Source: a virus (taxonomy: Duplodnaviria > Caudoviricetes). Taken from it: a stretch of 54,005 bases of DNA. The stretch lies in IMG/VR virus record IMGVR_UViG_3300035135_002245, positions 1 to 54,005 of that record; one strand, given 5' to 3'. Shown in pieces: positions 7,639 to 16,870 of the stretch. A program made the translations under genes and the position numbers. Below the pieces are notes generated by a model. It was not told where the DNA came from. It did no database searches and was given only the letters and a program-made list of their open reading frames with translations. Numbering within the stretch: position 1 is the first letter of the stretch; the number at the start of each line of letters is the position of its first letter.

Positions 7639-9288
7639 TTAGTTTATAATAAAGTTAACTTGTGTTCCATCATCTTTTACACCTTCAGTAACTTTGAATG
7701 TAATCAAACCTGAAGTGTTTTGAATTGCTTCATTTGGTGTAAAAATTAATTTATATGGTGTACCTGTCTTAACAGTAGCATTAAAGTTTTGGTCAAACGA
7801 ACCAACTCTTATCTTATCTCCATCTATATTTGAGAAGTTAGTCATCTCATTACCAGTATCAAAGATTACATTATCTAATGTTAAAACTGTTGTATTGTAC
7901 TTGATATTGAATTGTGTACCGATTAGATTTTCAACATCCATTTCAATTCTAAATTCAACTGTACCATCATCTTTTATTTCAGAAACTAAATCTAAGTTAG
8001 CTTCTTCACTTCTATAAAGTGGGTCAGCACCTTGTACCGAACTATATTGTACATCATAAGTTCTTGCAGATGCAGCTTGTGATTTTGCAGCTCCTTCTGC
8101 TGTTGGTTCATATGAATGTGTAAAGTTAACGTCTCCTACCAATCCATGTGCAACGTTTATAGTTTTAGATGATTGGTCTGTATCTGTAAGTGTAAATGTA
8201 TTTAGGAACATTGAACTCTGTGTGTTATCACCATACGTTCCTTCAATACCACTTTTATCAAATGTTGCACCAGCTTTAGTAATTCTGTTTGTATTACCAG
8301 TTGTTACTGATTGTAAATACGCCATGATTTCATATGAATCTTGGAAATCTACTTTATTATCATCACCAACAACATCACCAATAACAGCCTGTACATGATA
8401 ATCCCAAGTTGAAGTTGTACCACTTGGTCCATCTCCTGCACCAATTGCTTCTGCGAATACTTTTGCTAAATCTGCTACAGTTACTACTTCATCAAGATAT
8501 TCTGGTAGTTCTGATAGGTTTACTTCTATTGAGTAAATTTTATCGTTTTCTAAACCACTAACTACTGCCTGTCCACCAGCATCAAAATCACCAGTCTTTA
8601 CAGATTCACCATCATATTTGATTGTGTATCCATAATCAGTATATCCTGCAGAGTTTGCTGTTTTTAAGTTTAAGGTTACATCACCAGCATTACCACCTTG
8701 AATGTTTCCTAAGCTATAATCACCATTTCTAGTTACTTGTAATTGTGAACCATCTGCCTTCTTAATATTTGCCCAGTTCAATGCAATTACATTACTGTAA
8801 TCAGAATAGTTTGTTCCAAAGTTATCTTTAACTTTAAATTTAATTGTTACAATAACATCTCCATTTGTCCATGCAGTTGTTCCTTGTACTGTGATTCTAT
8901 TTACATTGAAATCAGCATTTTGTGAATACGAATTGTTACCAGCTTCAGATTGCCACCATTGATATTGTAAATCCATATCAGATGCATCTGTATCTGGTCT
9001 ATCGTTATATTTGTATCCAGTCCATTGATTTCTTGTTTTAGAATAATCACTTGGTACGCCTGCAGCCCAATTGAATTCTGTTAGTTCTAATAATTTGTTG
9101 TTGTATTCGTAATCAAATTGTAAAAGAGTTGCATCGCCTTGGTCACCAGTGTAATACTGAATCTTCATAACGAATTCATCGCCTACTTTTTGAATTGTTC
9201 CACTTTGGTGTTCAAGATTTAAACTACCTTGTCCAAATGAACTTAGTGTAAAAAGTACACTAACTAAAAATGTTAAAAATTTTTTCAT
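7639..9288 (-). CDS. Secreted protein with cohesin-like domains and dockerin/EF-hand-like motifs
   Basis: Signal peptide; cohesin-like KVGDEFVMKI...LQFDYEYNNKLLEL and FRIEMD...GTQFNIKYNTTVL; Ca-loop-like DEVVTVADL, GDVVGDDNKVDFQDSYEIMAYL and GDVNF. Confidence 0.6.
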   Translation of the reverse strand: MKKFLTFLVSVLFTLSSFGQGSLNLEHQSGTIQKVGDEFVMKIQYYTGDQGDATLLQFDYEYNNKLLELTEFNWAAGVPSDYSKTRNQWTGYKYNDRPDTDASDMDLQYQWWQSEAGNNSYSQNADFNVNRITVQGTTAWTNGDVIVTIKFKVKDNFGTNYSDYSNVIALNWANIKKADGSQLQVTRNGDYSLGNIQGGNAGDVTLNLKTANSAGYTDYGYTIKYDGESVKTGDFDAGGQAVVSGLENDKIYSIEVNLSELPEYLDEVVTVADLAKVFAEAIGAGDGPSGTTSTWDYHVQAVIGDVVGDDNKVDFQDSYEIMAYLQSVTTGNTNRITKAGATFDKSGIEGTYGDNTQSSMFLNTFTLTDTDQSSKTINVAHGLVGDVNFTHSYEPTAEGAAKSQAASARTYDVQYSSVQGADPLYRSEEANLDLVSEIKDDGTVEFRIEMDVENLIGTQFNIKYNTTVLTLDNVIFDTGNEMTNFSNIDGDKIRVGSFDQNFNATVKTGTPYKLIFTPNEAIQNTSGLITFKVTEGVKDDGTQVNFIIN

Positions 9289-9800
9289 AATAATAAATCC
9301 TTAATAATACTTTCGCATACTTTCTTTAATGCGATACTTGCTGTTTGTTGATTAAATGTTCCATCTTCTGCAACTACAAGGGTTGAGGTAGAAATTGTTC
9401 TTGACTGACCTTTTTGGGTAGTTCTTTTTCTAACCTTACCATTGACTTCTAGTTCACCAATAGCGATAATCTGCGTTAGTGATACATCTTTGTGGAACAC
9501 CGCAACTGATGTTCCAATATTTTTTATATCAAAAAAGACCAATCTAACATTTACTTGTGTAGATGCCTGGTCTGATAAATCATAATCTAAATCTAAGAGG
9601 AGTTCTTCGAGAATGTTTTTTACACCAACTGCTAGATTTCTGTTACCCGCAAATTTTCCCATGCGGATTTCGTTGGTGACTTCGCCGACCTTAATAAGGT
9701 TCTGTTCGTTTTCGTATCTATCTTTATTAGAACCATTTGGTAATAAAACTAAGATACACAAAACGAATATTTTAAATACATTTAGTGTAGCGTACTTCAA
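9285..9800 (-). CDS. Exported alpha/beta protein, possibly CsgG/LptE-like fold
   Basis: TTG start with AAGGAG; hydrophobic N-terminus; VGEVTN...LAVGVKNILEELL and a C-terminal helix ASIALKKVCESII that echoes the CsgG-like gene. Confidence 0.5.
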   Translation of the reverse strand: MKYATLNVFKIFVLCILVLLPNGSNKDRYENEQNLIKVGEVTNEIRMGKFAGNRNLAVGVKNILEELLLDLDYDLSDQASTQVNVRLVFFDIKNIGTSVAVFHKDVSLTQIIAIGELEVNGKVRKRTTQKGQSRTISTSTLVVAEDGTFNQQTASIALKKVCESIIKDLLL

Positions 9801-9926
9801 AGTAATCTCCTTGTTAATAGATTACTGTAACTAACTTAAAAAAACTGATTGTGTATAAACGTTTTGATTAAAACGATATTGAAGTAACGATGGATGTTAT
9901 AACATCCTTTTCTGATAATAAATATC
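9801..9926 (-). promoter_or_regulatory. Structured leader of the envelope module
   Basis: ATATTTAT motif at 9918-9925; perfect 16 bp palindrome ggatgttataacatcc (9892-9907); hairpin cgtttt/aaaacg (9860-9875); 8 bp hairpin agtaatct/agattact (9801-9826) overlapping the SD. Confidence 0.5.
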
Positions 9927-9936
9927 TAACTAAGAT

Positions 9937-10827
9937 TTAAAACGTAGTATTTTGTACTACTTTTTCTATCTCTGTTCTAAAATTGTTTTGAGCAACCTTT
10001 AAAAATTCATCTTTTCTACTAATAGATGCAAGATAATTTGTTAAATGAAGGTTGTTTCTGTATTTGTAGTTTTCACAAACTACTAAATTTTTTATTTTAT
10101 ACTGAGTACCTAATTTTAAAAGTTCTAGTGAATTCATGATAAAGGTATCTTCTAATCCATAATGACCAAAAGATTTAGGTACTGTAACTTTATCTAATAT
10201 ATTTTTTGATATACAAGTAAACCATCCACCAGCAAATTTCATCGTTGGTTGACCTGGTGCATTACAAACTACTGTTTCTACTGATATATCTCCTTTGATA
10301 CCAGAATCTTTGTAAGGGTTATTTGTTTTTTGGTAATCATTTGGTTTATCTAAAAAGTTTTTATTAACCAAACAATCCCATGTATTATCCCAAACTTTTA
10401 CTATTTCTGGTGTGATGATTGCATGTTTATCATCTAATTGTCCTGCAACATTTTCTAAATATGTAAGGGTTCTTTCATCAAATATAATATCTGTATCTAA
10501 CCAAATATGATAATCAACATCTTGATGGTCTAACCAAGTTTGTCTCCTTTTAGATACACACCCTTGAACTTCATTTTCAGATAATCTAAAATGTTTATTC
10601 TTTATCCACCAACATTTATTTAACATTATGTTAAATTTATCTTGAAAATAACTTAATGGAAGTTTCGATTGTTCCCACATTACCAAATCATTGGACACTC
10701 CTAATGTTACATCTAATATGTAATTACTTTCATCTACATATTCAAATGCTTTTCCTAATTGAGTTAGAGTTAAATCTAAATCATCAATTTCATGTGGTAA
10801 GGCAAATATAGAAATACAAAACTTCAT
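9937..10827 (-). CDS. Putative GT-A glycosyltransferase
   Basis: IWLDTDI DxD motif and YGLED motif; located in the glycosylation island. Confidence 0.6.
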   Translation of the reverse strand: MKFCISIFALPHEIDDLDLTLTQLGKAFEYVDESNYILDVTLGVSNDLVMWEQSKLPLSYFQDKFNIMLNKCWWIKNKHFRLSENEVQGCVSKRRQTWLDHQDVDYHIWLDTDIIFDERTLTYLENVAGQLDDKHAIITPEIVKVWDNTWDCLVNKNFLDKPNDYQKTNNPYKDSGIKGDISVETVVCNAPGQPTMKFAGGWFTCISKNILDKVTVPKSFGHYGLEDTFIMNSLELLKLGTQYKIKNLVVCENYKYRNNLHLTNYLASISRKDEFLKVAQNNFRTEIEKVVQNTTF

Positions 10828-11603
10828 TAACTTAATAATTTATTTACATGACTATCTATTGCAGCTACTCTATCGTACTGATGAAGAATTACATACTCAT
10901 CTAACTCGTGGTTTTGTTCACCGATAATTTTGTCATTATTAGGGTTTGGCCATCCATGTAATGTACCTATCTGTAATGCCCAATTTTCTCCAAGTGTTGT
11001 AAATTGCATATTACTTTTTGCTATTTTATTGTGTACAATAAAGTTAAAAGAACTCTGGTCTGTAAAATGTTCTGTATTTCCTGCTTGAGATACTAAGTAG
11101 TTTAGGAGTAGTAAATCTCTCATACTCTCATACTTACCTGCTAACACTCCAACATTACAGGTCTGTTCATTTTCATATCTATCTAATAAAAGTTCATTAT
11201 AACCTTCTAAAATGTTTTTTGGACCCCAATTACAATGTTTGTATAATAAATTTTCACTAGAAACTAATATATCTTTTTTAAGATTCTTTTCTAACCAATC
11301 TGATGGATTGTGTTGGAATACAACATCTCTTACATCGGTTGTAATCATGTATCTATAATCTCTATCTAATTGTCTGAGAACCCAATACATTGTAATCAAT
11401 CTATGCATATGGATATGTCCTTCAAGTTCTCCTTTAAATATTTCCCATCCTTCTGATTTCAAGTATTTAATAGTATCATCATCTGTATCATATACTACCA
11501 TAATTTTATCACCAGTAAATCCACATCTTTTAATAGACTCTACATAGTTGAATAACTGATGTTTTACATATTTTGTTGTTGCTCCTATTATTAAATCTTT
11601 CAT
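10827..11603 (-). CDS. Putative GT-A glycosyltransferase
   Basis: TDVRDVVFQHNP, CNVGVLAG, DQSSFN and ILHQYDR motifs. Confidence 0.65.
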   Translation of the reverse strand: MKDLIIGATTKYVKHQLFNYVESIKRCGFTGDKIMVVYDTDDDTIKYLKSEGWEIFKGELEGHIHMHRLITMYWVLRQLDRDYRYMITTDVRDVVFQHNPSDWLEKNLKKDILVSSENLLYKHCNWGPKNILEGYNELLLDRYENEQTCNVGVLAGKYESMRDLLLLNYLVSQAGNTEHFTDQSSFNFIVHNKIAKSNMQFTTLGENWALQIGTLHGWPNPNNDKIIGEQNHELDEYVILHQYDRVAAIDSHVNKLLS

Positions 11604-12418
11604 AAACTTTTAATTATATTATCATCTTTTAAAAAATCCACAATCTCGTAATCTCTCCATGTACTATGACCTGGATATAAATCTGGTCTTTCATTGAACC
11701 AAGTTTGTACTAACTCTCTATTCCATACAACTGAACCATTTATTGCCATTACAGCAAGTTGTGGTAAAACATCAACCCATCCTATTAAGTGAGTTTGTTC
11801 TCTAATCTCATCCCATCTTTCATCTAATATTGGTTTTAGTTTATCCCATCCTTTAACAAAAGTTTCACAATTGATAATAAATCCACCTTGTGCACCATAT
11901 CCTTTAAATCCTGATAAATTGATTGGAATATCTGTATTACCATCTATACTTTCTATAAATTCTAGTAAATAGGGATGTATTCTATTACAGTTATATTCAA
12001 CAACTGCAATACCAAAATCTTCTTTAAGAATACTGATTGGTTTTAGGATAAAAGTATCATCCTCTAATGATATCAAATATTTAGAATCACATTTTTTTGC
12101 TGCTTCATATAAACTATCCATCCATGTGAATGCATTTTCTTTTGGCCAACACGCTCTTTTTAGAGCTTCACTACTTCCATCTTCCCATTCTTCATAATGG
12201 GTCATCCATCCACATCTACCAACTTTCATTGGTTGTACAGAAAAGTCTGCACCATATTTTTCACAAATCTCTTTATGTTCTTTTTCTTTACCACCTACAT
12301 CCATTTTAAAATATAGGTTACCATCTTTATAAAACTCTCTGAATTTTCTAAATATAACATCTGCCGTATGTGGTCTATCATAACCCCACAAATAAGCACT
12401 TAATAAAGTTTTACTCAT
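11600..12418 (-). CDS. Putative glycosyltransferase
   Basis: ISLEDD motif; glycosylation island context. Confidence 0.5.
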   Translation of the reverse strand: MSKTLLSAYLWGYDRPHTADVIFRKFREFYKDGNLYFKMDVGGKEKEHKEICEKYGADFSVQPMKVGRCGWMTHYEEWEDGSSEALKRACWPKENAFTWMDSLYEAAKKCDSKYLISLEDDTFILKPISILKEDFGIAVVEYNCNRIHPYLLEFIESIDGNTDIPINLSGFKGYGAQGGFIINCETFVKGWDKLKPILDERWDEIREQTHLIGWVDVLPQLAVMAINGSVVWNRELVQTWFNERPDLYPGHSTWRDYEIVDFLKDDNIIKSL

Positions 12419-12419
12419 A

Positions 12420-13421
12420 TTATTTATTTTTCCAAAAAGAATAAATTCCTTTTTCTAACTCATACTCTGGCCATACGAATCTTTCTCTCATTGGTTGTTG
12501 TTTTGCCCACTCCCACATTTGTGTTAACCCATCTTTTAATAAAGTTTTATATTCGAATCCTAACAAATCAATTGATTTCTGAAATGTAGGTATAGAATGT
12601 TTAACTTCGTGTCTTGGTTCTAAATGAACTATATTACCCTCACCAATAACTTCTCTTAGAACAACAGATGCATCTTTGATTGAGATTTCTTCAATACCAC
12701 CTAAGTTAATGATTTCTTTTGATGCCTCTTCTCTTACTGCTGAATTCCATAATGGTTCTAATGAATCATCAATAAAACTAAATGCCCTTGTTTGTGTACC
12801 ATCACCAAAGATGGTCATATCTTCACCATTCAAATGTTGGAACATCCAAATACCTAGTACATTTCTGTACTTATCCCAAATGTTTTGTTTTACACCATAA
12901 ACATTATGTGGTCTGATAATACACCAATCTAATCCATGTTGTTCACCAGCAATTTGGATATCCATTTCACATCCATACTTTGCAACTCCATAAGGGTCTA
13001 TTGGTGCCTGTTGTTGGGATTCATCAAAGATACCACCATTACCATGTCCATAAACTGCAAGTGTTGAAGTGAATACTAATCTCTTTACATTATGTTTAAT
13101 ACACTCATTTACTATTCCAGCAGTTGACCTTAAATTATTATCGTAATTATATGTTCTGATAAATGGAGATAATCCTTCTGCAGCATATGCAGCAAAATGG
13201 AAAACATAATCAAAATTCTGTGTTTCAAATAACTCAGATATTTCTTTTGTATCAGTTACTAAATTTAAGTTTTTCCATTTTACTTTTTCATTTATATTTT
13301 CTGCATATCCACCACTTAAATCATCGATTCCCCAAACCTCTACTTCTGATTTGTTTTCTAAAATCCAATCTGCTAATCTACTTCCTAGTAAACCTGCAAC
13401 TCCTGTTATTAATATTTTCAT
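12420..13421 (-). CDS. NAD-dependent nucleotide-sugar epimerase/dehydratase (extended SDR)
   Basis: ITGVAGLLGS Rossmann motif, YGVAK catalytic motif and FGDGTQTRAF. Confidence 0.9.
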   Translation of the reverse strand: MKILITGVAGLLGSRLADWILENKSEVEVWGIDDLSGGYAENINEKVKWKNLNLVTDTKEISELFETQNFDYVFHFAAYAAEGLSPFIRTYNYDNNLRSTAGIVNECIKHNVKRLVFTSTLAVYGHGNGGIFDESQQQAPIDPYGVAKYGCEMDIQIAGEQHGLDWCIIRPHNVYGVKQNIWDKYRNVLGIWMFQHLNGEDMTIFGDGTQTRAFSFIDDSLEPLWNSAVREEASKEIINLGGIEEISIKDASVVLREVIGEGNIVHLEPRHEVKHSIPTFQKSIDLLGFEYKTLLKDGLTQMWEWAKQQPMRERFVWPEYELEKGIYSFWKNK

Positions 13422-14032
13422 ATGTATCTACTTAATGTATATTTTTTTGATATTTGAACTGTTTGTTTTTCTTCATCTATATAATGATACTCACTAGGTT
13501 CTATATAGTTTTTTAAATCTTTGTAAAGAGCATGAAACAAACCTATATAACCATGTTGTCCATTATTATTTCTACAATCAACAATACCTTTTACAAATCC
13601 TTCTAACATTGATTTTGGAAAAGCATAAAAAGTATCTGTTGTACAATTATGATTATCCCACCAATCTAATTCTTTAAATAAAAAATTAAATTTGTTAAAA
13701 TTAAATTCAATAGGTACTCCTAACCATAAATCAAATCTAGTTACTATGTAGAAATCATAATCCATTTCTTTTAGTGCACTAACTGATTGAATATAAGTAT
13801 CAAAAGCGTGTTGAATTGGAATAAATTCAGCACGAATTGGATTGTAAATTTTTCTTATATCCTCTTCTCTATCTGTATCATATGTTTTTAAATAAAAATC
13901 AACTACATGTCCTTCTTTTCTAAGAGGTGTAACAACATTCTTAAATAAATTTTCATGACAATTAGTATATGTATGAAAATGATTTCCAACGTCATGGTGT
14001 GATAATCCTACTAAATTAATTAATATTTTCAT
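13418..14032 (-). CDS. Putative sugar transferase / hypothetical protein
   Basis: YDFYIVTRFDL motif, typical of transferases found with HAD/nucleotidyltransferase clusters. Confidence 0.45.
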   Translation of the reverse strand: MKILINLVGLSHHDVGNHFHTYTNCHENLFKNVVTPLRKEGHVVDFYLKTYDTDREEDIRKIYNPIRAEFIPIQHAFDTYIQSVSALKEMDYDFYIVTRFDLWLGVPIEFNFNKFNFLFKELDWWDNHNCTTDTFYAFPKSMLEGFVKGIVDCRNNNGQHGYIGLFHALYKDLKNYIEPSEYHYIDEEKQTVQISKKYTLSRYI

Positions 14033-14481
14033 TTATAATTTTTTATATAATCTGAACAAACTCCATATGCAAGAGATACATCATCTTTATGCCATTCTGG
14101 CATTACTGCTATACTATATTTAAGTGGTTGAATACCTGGATATGCCCAAATATTTCCTCTTGAAGTTATAGTAACTGAATCAGTTTCATGCCAAAAATAA
14201 TTTAAAGTATTTACTCCATTCTCATTTTCTAGTTCTTTTAAATACTCAATTGTTGTAAGTGTTTTACAATGTATCCATAAATACAGATGTCTATCTGTTA
14301 ACCATTTTAAATCAATTTTATATGTTGGTTCATCGTGTCCTAACCAAAATTCATCATCATGGTAATGTAAATCAACTTCACAATCATAACCTAACTGTAA
14401 TGCCTTATCAACATACTCAGGTAGATTTTCGTATTGTGGATATTTACCATCCACATTTCCTCTATGTGAAATTAATCTCAT
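14029..14481 (-). CDS. GDPD/PLC-like phosphodiesterase domain protein
   Basis: LISHRGN, EN, YDCEVDL, LGHD and GVCSDY motifs. Confidence 0.75.
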   Translation of the reverse strand: MRLISHRGNVDGKYPQYENLPEYVDKALQLGYDCEVDLHYHDDEFWLGHDEPTYKIDLKWLTDRHLYLWIHCKTLTTIEYLKELENENGVNTLNYFWHETDSVTITSRGNIWAYPGIQPLKYSIAVMPEWHKDDVSLAYGVCSDYIKNYK

Positions 14482-15845
14482 TTATGATTCTCTAAATAAT
14501 ATTTTAAATCTTCTGGTGTACCTAATCCCCACATCTTAGGAATATCAAAGGTACGAACTTCTTTTCCATCTTCAATTGCTTGATTGAAAACAGGACAAAC
14601 ATAGAACTCGTTGTTTACTCTGATATCCTTTTCAATCATATCTTCTGCATACTTTACAAAATCAGAACCTTTCTTCCAATAGTAATATCCAACAGTTGCG
14701 ATATCTGATATAGGATTTTTTTCTGCAACTTCAGTTACCAATCCTTGTTCATCTACTTTTGCAAAACTCCACTTTGGGTGTGTTGCCCTAAATGATACAA
14801 TCCCACCATCGGCATCAGTTTCATTCATTTTGTACAAGAACTCATTTGAATCCCACTCAACAAATTGGTCTGAGTTAGCAAAGAATAGTGGAGTATCTTT
14901 ATCAATGTACTCTTTAGCAAGTAATGCAGTACATGCTGCTCCTTCTGTAATTCCATTTACCTCAACAATCTTACAATTTGGTGTAATTAAATTAAGTAAA
15001 GTATCTAAGTTATATTTTTCTCTATGTTCTTTTTGTACAACGTAAACATAATTTGCTTTGATATTCAAATTATCTACAACTACTTGAATCATAGGTTTTC
15101 CTTTTACATCAATTAATGGTTTTGGAAAAGTGTATCCAGCTTGTTGAAATCTACTTCCTGCCCCAGCCATTGGAATCAATACTGTAAGATTCTCATCTCT
15201 CCACGCTGGTGTTGATTGTTGTTCTCCCATTTCTATTTCATTTAATTTGTTATAAATGTTGTTATAATTTGTTTCTTTTGTATTCTTCACTCTTAGAATA
15301 TGTGATTTAGAACGAGCAGCTGCAAGTAATCCATAAGGGGAATCTTCAACTATCAAAGTTTCTTCAGGTAAACAACTCATCATTGATATTGCCTTCCAAT
15401 ACATTTCTGGATGTGGTTTAGAATTCTTAACATCCTCATTGGATATTACTAAATCCATAAACTCCATGATACCTAACTTTGAAAGTACGGTCAATACTGT
15501 TTTTCTAATTGAGTTTGAACATACTGCTATTTTATAACCTTCACTCACTAAGTTGGTCATACATTGTATTAAACCACTATTTGGTTCTAATGCTCTCAAC
15601 TTTTGTAATGTAAGTTCTTGTTTGAATTCCCAAATATCTTTGTGAGAATCAATTGGTAATCCTTTCTTTTCAGATAACATTTGTAGTTTCTGAGTAGTTT
15701 TTAATCCATCATAAGTTGATAGATGTTCGTTCCAACTAATTGCATATTCGTTTCCTAATGCCTCATTGAGTGCATCATAATGTATGTTTTTAGCTTCAAC
15801 TAATACACCATCTAAATCAAATATGATTAGTTTTATTTTACTCAT
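14478..15845 (-). CDS. HAD phosphatase fused to sugar-phosphate nucleotidyltransferase
   Basis: FDLDGVL, KPHP and VEDS (HAD); IPMAGAGSRF..PKPLI, EKNPIS and GLGTPEDL (NTP transferase). Confidence 0.9.
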   Translation of the reverse strand: MSKIKLIIFDLDGVLVEAKNIHYDALNEALGNEYAISWNEHLSTYDGLKTTQKLQMLSEKKGLPIDSHKDIWEFKQELTLQKLRALEPNSGLIQCMTNLVSEGYKIAVCSNSIRKTVLTVLSKLGIMEFMDLVISNEDVKNSKPHPEMYWKAISMMSCLPEETLIVEDSPYGLLAAARSKSHILRVKNTKETNYNNIYNKLNEIEMGEQQSTPAWRDENLTVLIPMAGAGSRFQQAGYTFPKPLIDVKGKPMIQVVVDNLNIKANYVYVVQKEHREKYNLDTLLNLITPNCKIVEVNGITEGAACTALLAKEYIDKDTPLFFANSDQFVEWDSNEFLYKMNETDADGGIVSFRATHPKWSFAKVDEQGLVTEVAEKNPISDIATVGYYYWKKGSDFVKYAEDMIEKDIRVNNEFYVCPVFNQAIEDGKEVRTFDIPKMWGLGTPEDLKYYLENHK

Positions 15846-16140
15846 AAAATCCTAACAACTCGTGTTCTCTGATTAAGAAATATTTTTCACCATCAAGTGT
15901 AATTGGGTCTCCTGTCATATCTTTTGAATACATAACTTGGTCACCAACCTTTACTGTCATTGGAATTACATCTCCACTTTGAGAGAATATACCAGTTCCA
16001 ATGGCAACTACTTCACCTAATACTTTTTGTCCTCTTTGTGCACTATCAGTTAAGATAATACCACCTTGTGATTTTTTTTCTCCAAGAGATTCTGGTTTTA
16101 CTAAAACCCTATCTCCTAATGGTCTAAATTTACCTTCCAT
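15838..16140 (-). CDS. groES: Co-chaperonin GroES
   Basis: RPLGDRVLV, GGIIL mobile loop, GEVVAIGTG and VKVGDQV. Confidence 0.92.
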   Translation of the reverse strand: MEGKFRPLGDRVLVKPESLGEKKSQGGIILTDSAQRGQKVLGEVVAIGTGIFSQSGDVIPMTVKVGDQVMYSKDMTGDPITLDGEKYFLIREHELLGFYE

Positions 16141-16870
16141 GTTTACCTTCGTCTAAATGTTTAAATAGTCCCTCACCATGAGCAACTTTGAATGTTTGTT
16201 TTGCCCACCACTTTGAGATGTTACCTTCTAATGCGATACCACCCCCGGCGAATGGAGTTACCGTTTTTAAATAAAAATCCTTTTTATACAAAGTAGGATT
16301 GTTAGTCCAATTTCCCCATCGTGATGTAGTAATAAAATACTCACCACTTTGTTTTATATGATTGGGAAAACTTTCAGCTGGATTACACCAGTGTACTGAA
16401 TCTAATAAGTGAGGTGAAGTACATTCGATTTCATCATCATAGTAATCCAATTCTTTACCTCTATACTTAAATGAAAAATGTGGATGACCAGGGTCTTTTC
16501 TATGTCTGTATCTTACTGCACTATAACCCCTATCCAACAACTCAATACCACTATTCAATCTTTCGATACAAGTTTGTTTATTTTCAATAAGCTTCCAATC
16601 ATGTTCTAATACTAAAACATTATCTGTTTGTGCCTGTTCAGTTAATCTAATAAACCCCTGTCCTATTCCAATATTATCTTGTAAACCAATATATGGAATA
16701 CCAAAATGATTTGCAATTTCTTTATCTTGTTCTGAAACTTCTTGAAATAAAATACATACATCATTTACTTGATGAAGAAATTGTCTTTCAAAATAAGTTT
16801 GTAAAGTGTTAACTAAAGTTTGTCCACTTTTCCAAGAAAGAATACCTATACTTAAATCTAACTTTTCCAT
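16130..16870 (-). CDS. Putative GT-A glycosyltransferase
   Basis: NIGIGQG, LVLEHDW and WTNNP motifs. Confidence 0.6.
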   Translation of the reverse strand: MEKLDLSIGILSWKSGQTLVNTLQTYFERQFLHQVNDVCILFQEVSEQDKEIANHFGIPYIGLQDNIGIGQGFIRLTEQAQTDNVLVLEHDWKLIENKQTCIERLNSGIELLDRGYSAVRYRHRKDPGHPHFSFKYRGKELDYYDDEIECTSPHLLDSVHWCNPAESFPNHIKQSGEYFITTSRWGNWTNNPTLYKKDFYLKTVTPFAGGGIALEGNISKWWAKQTFKVAHGEGLFKHLDEGKHGR

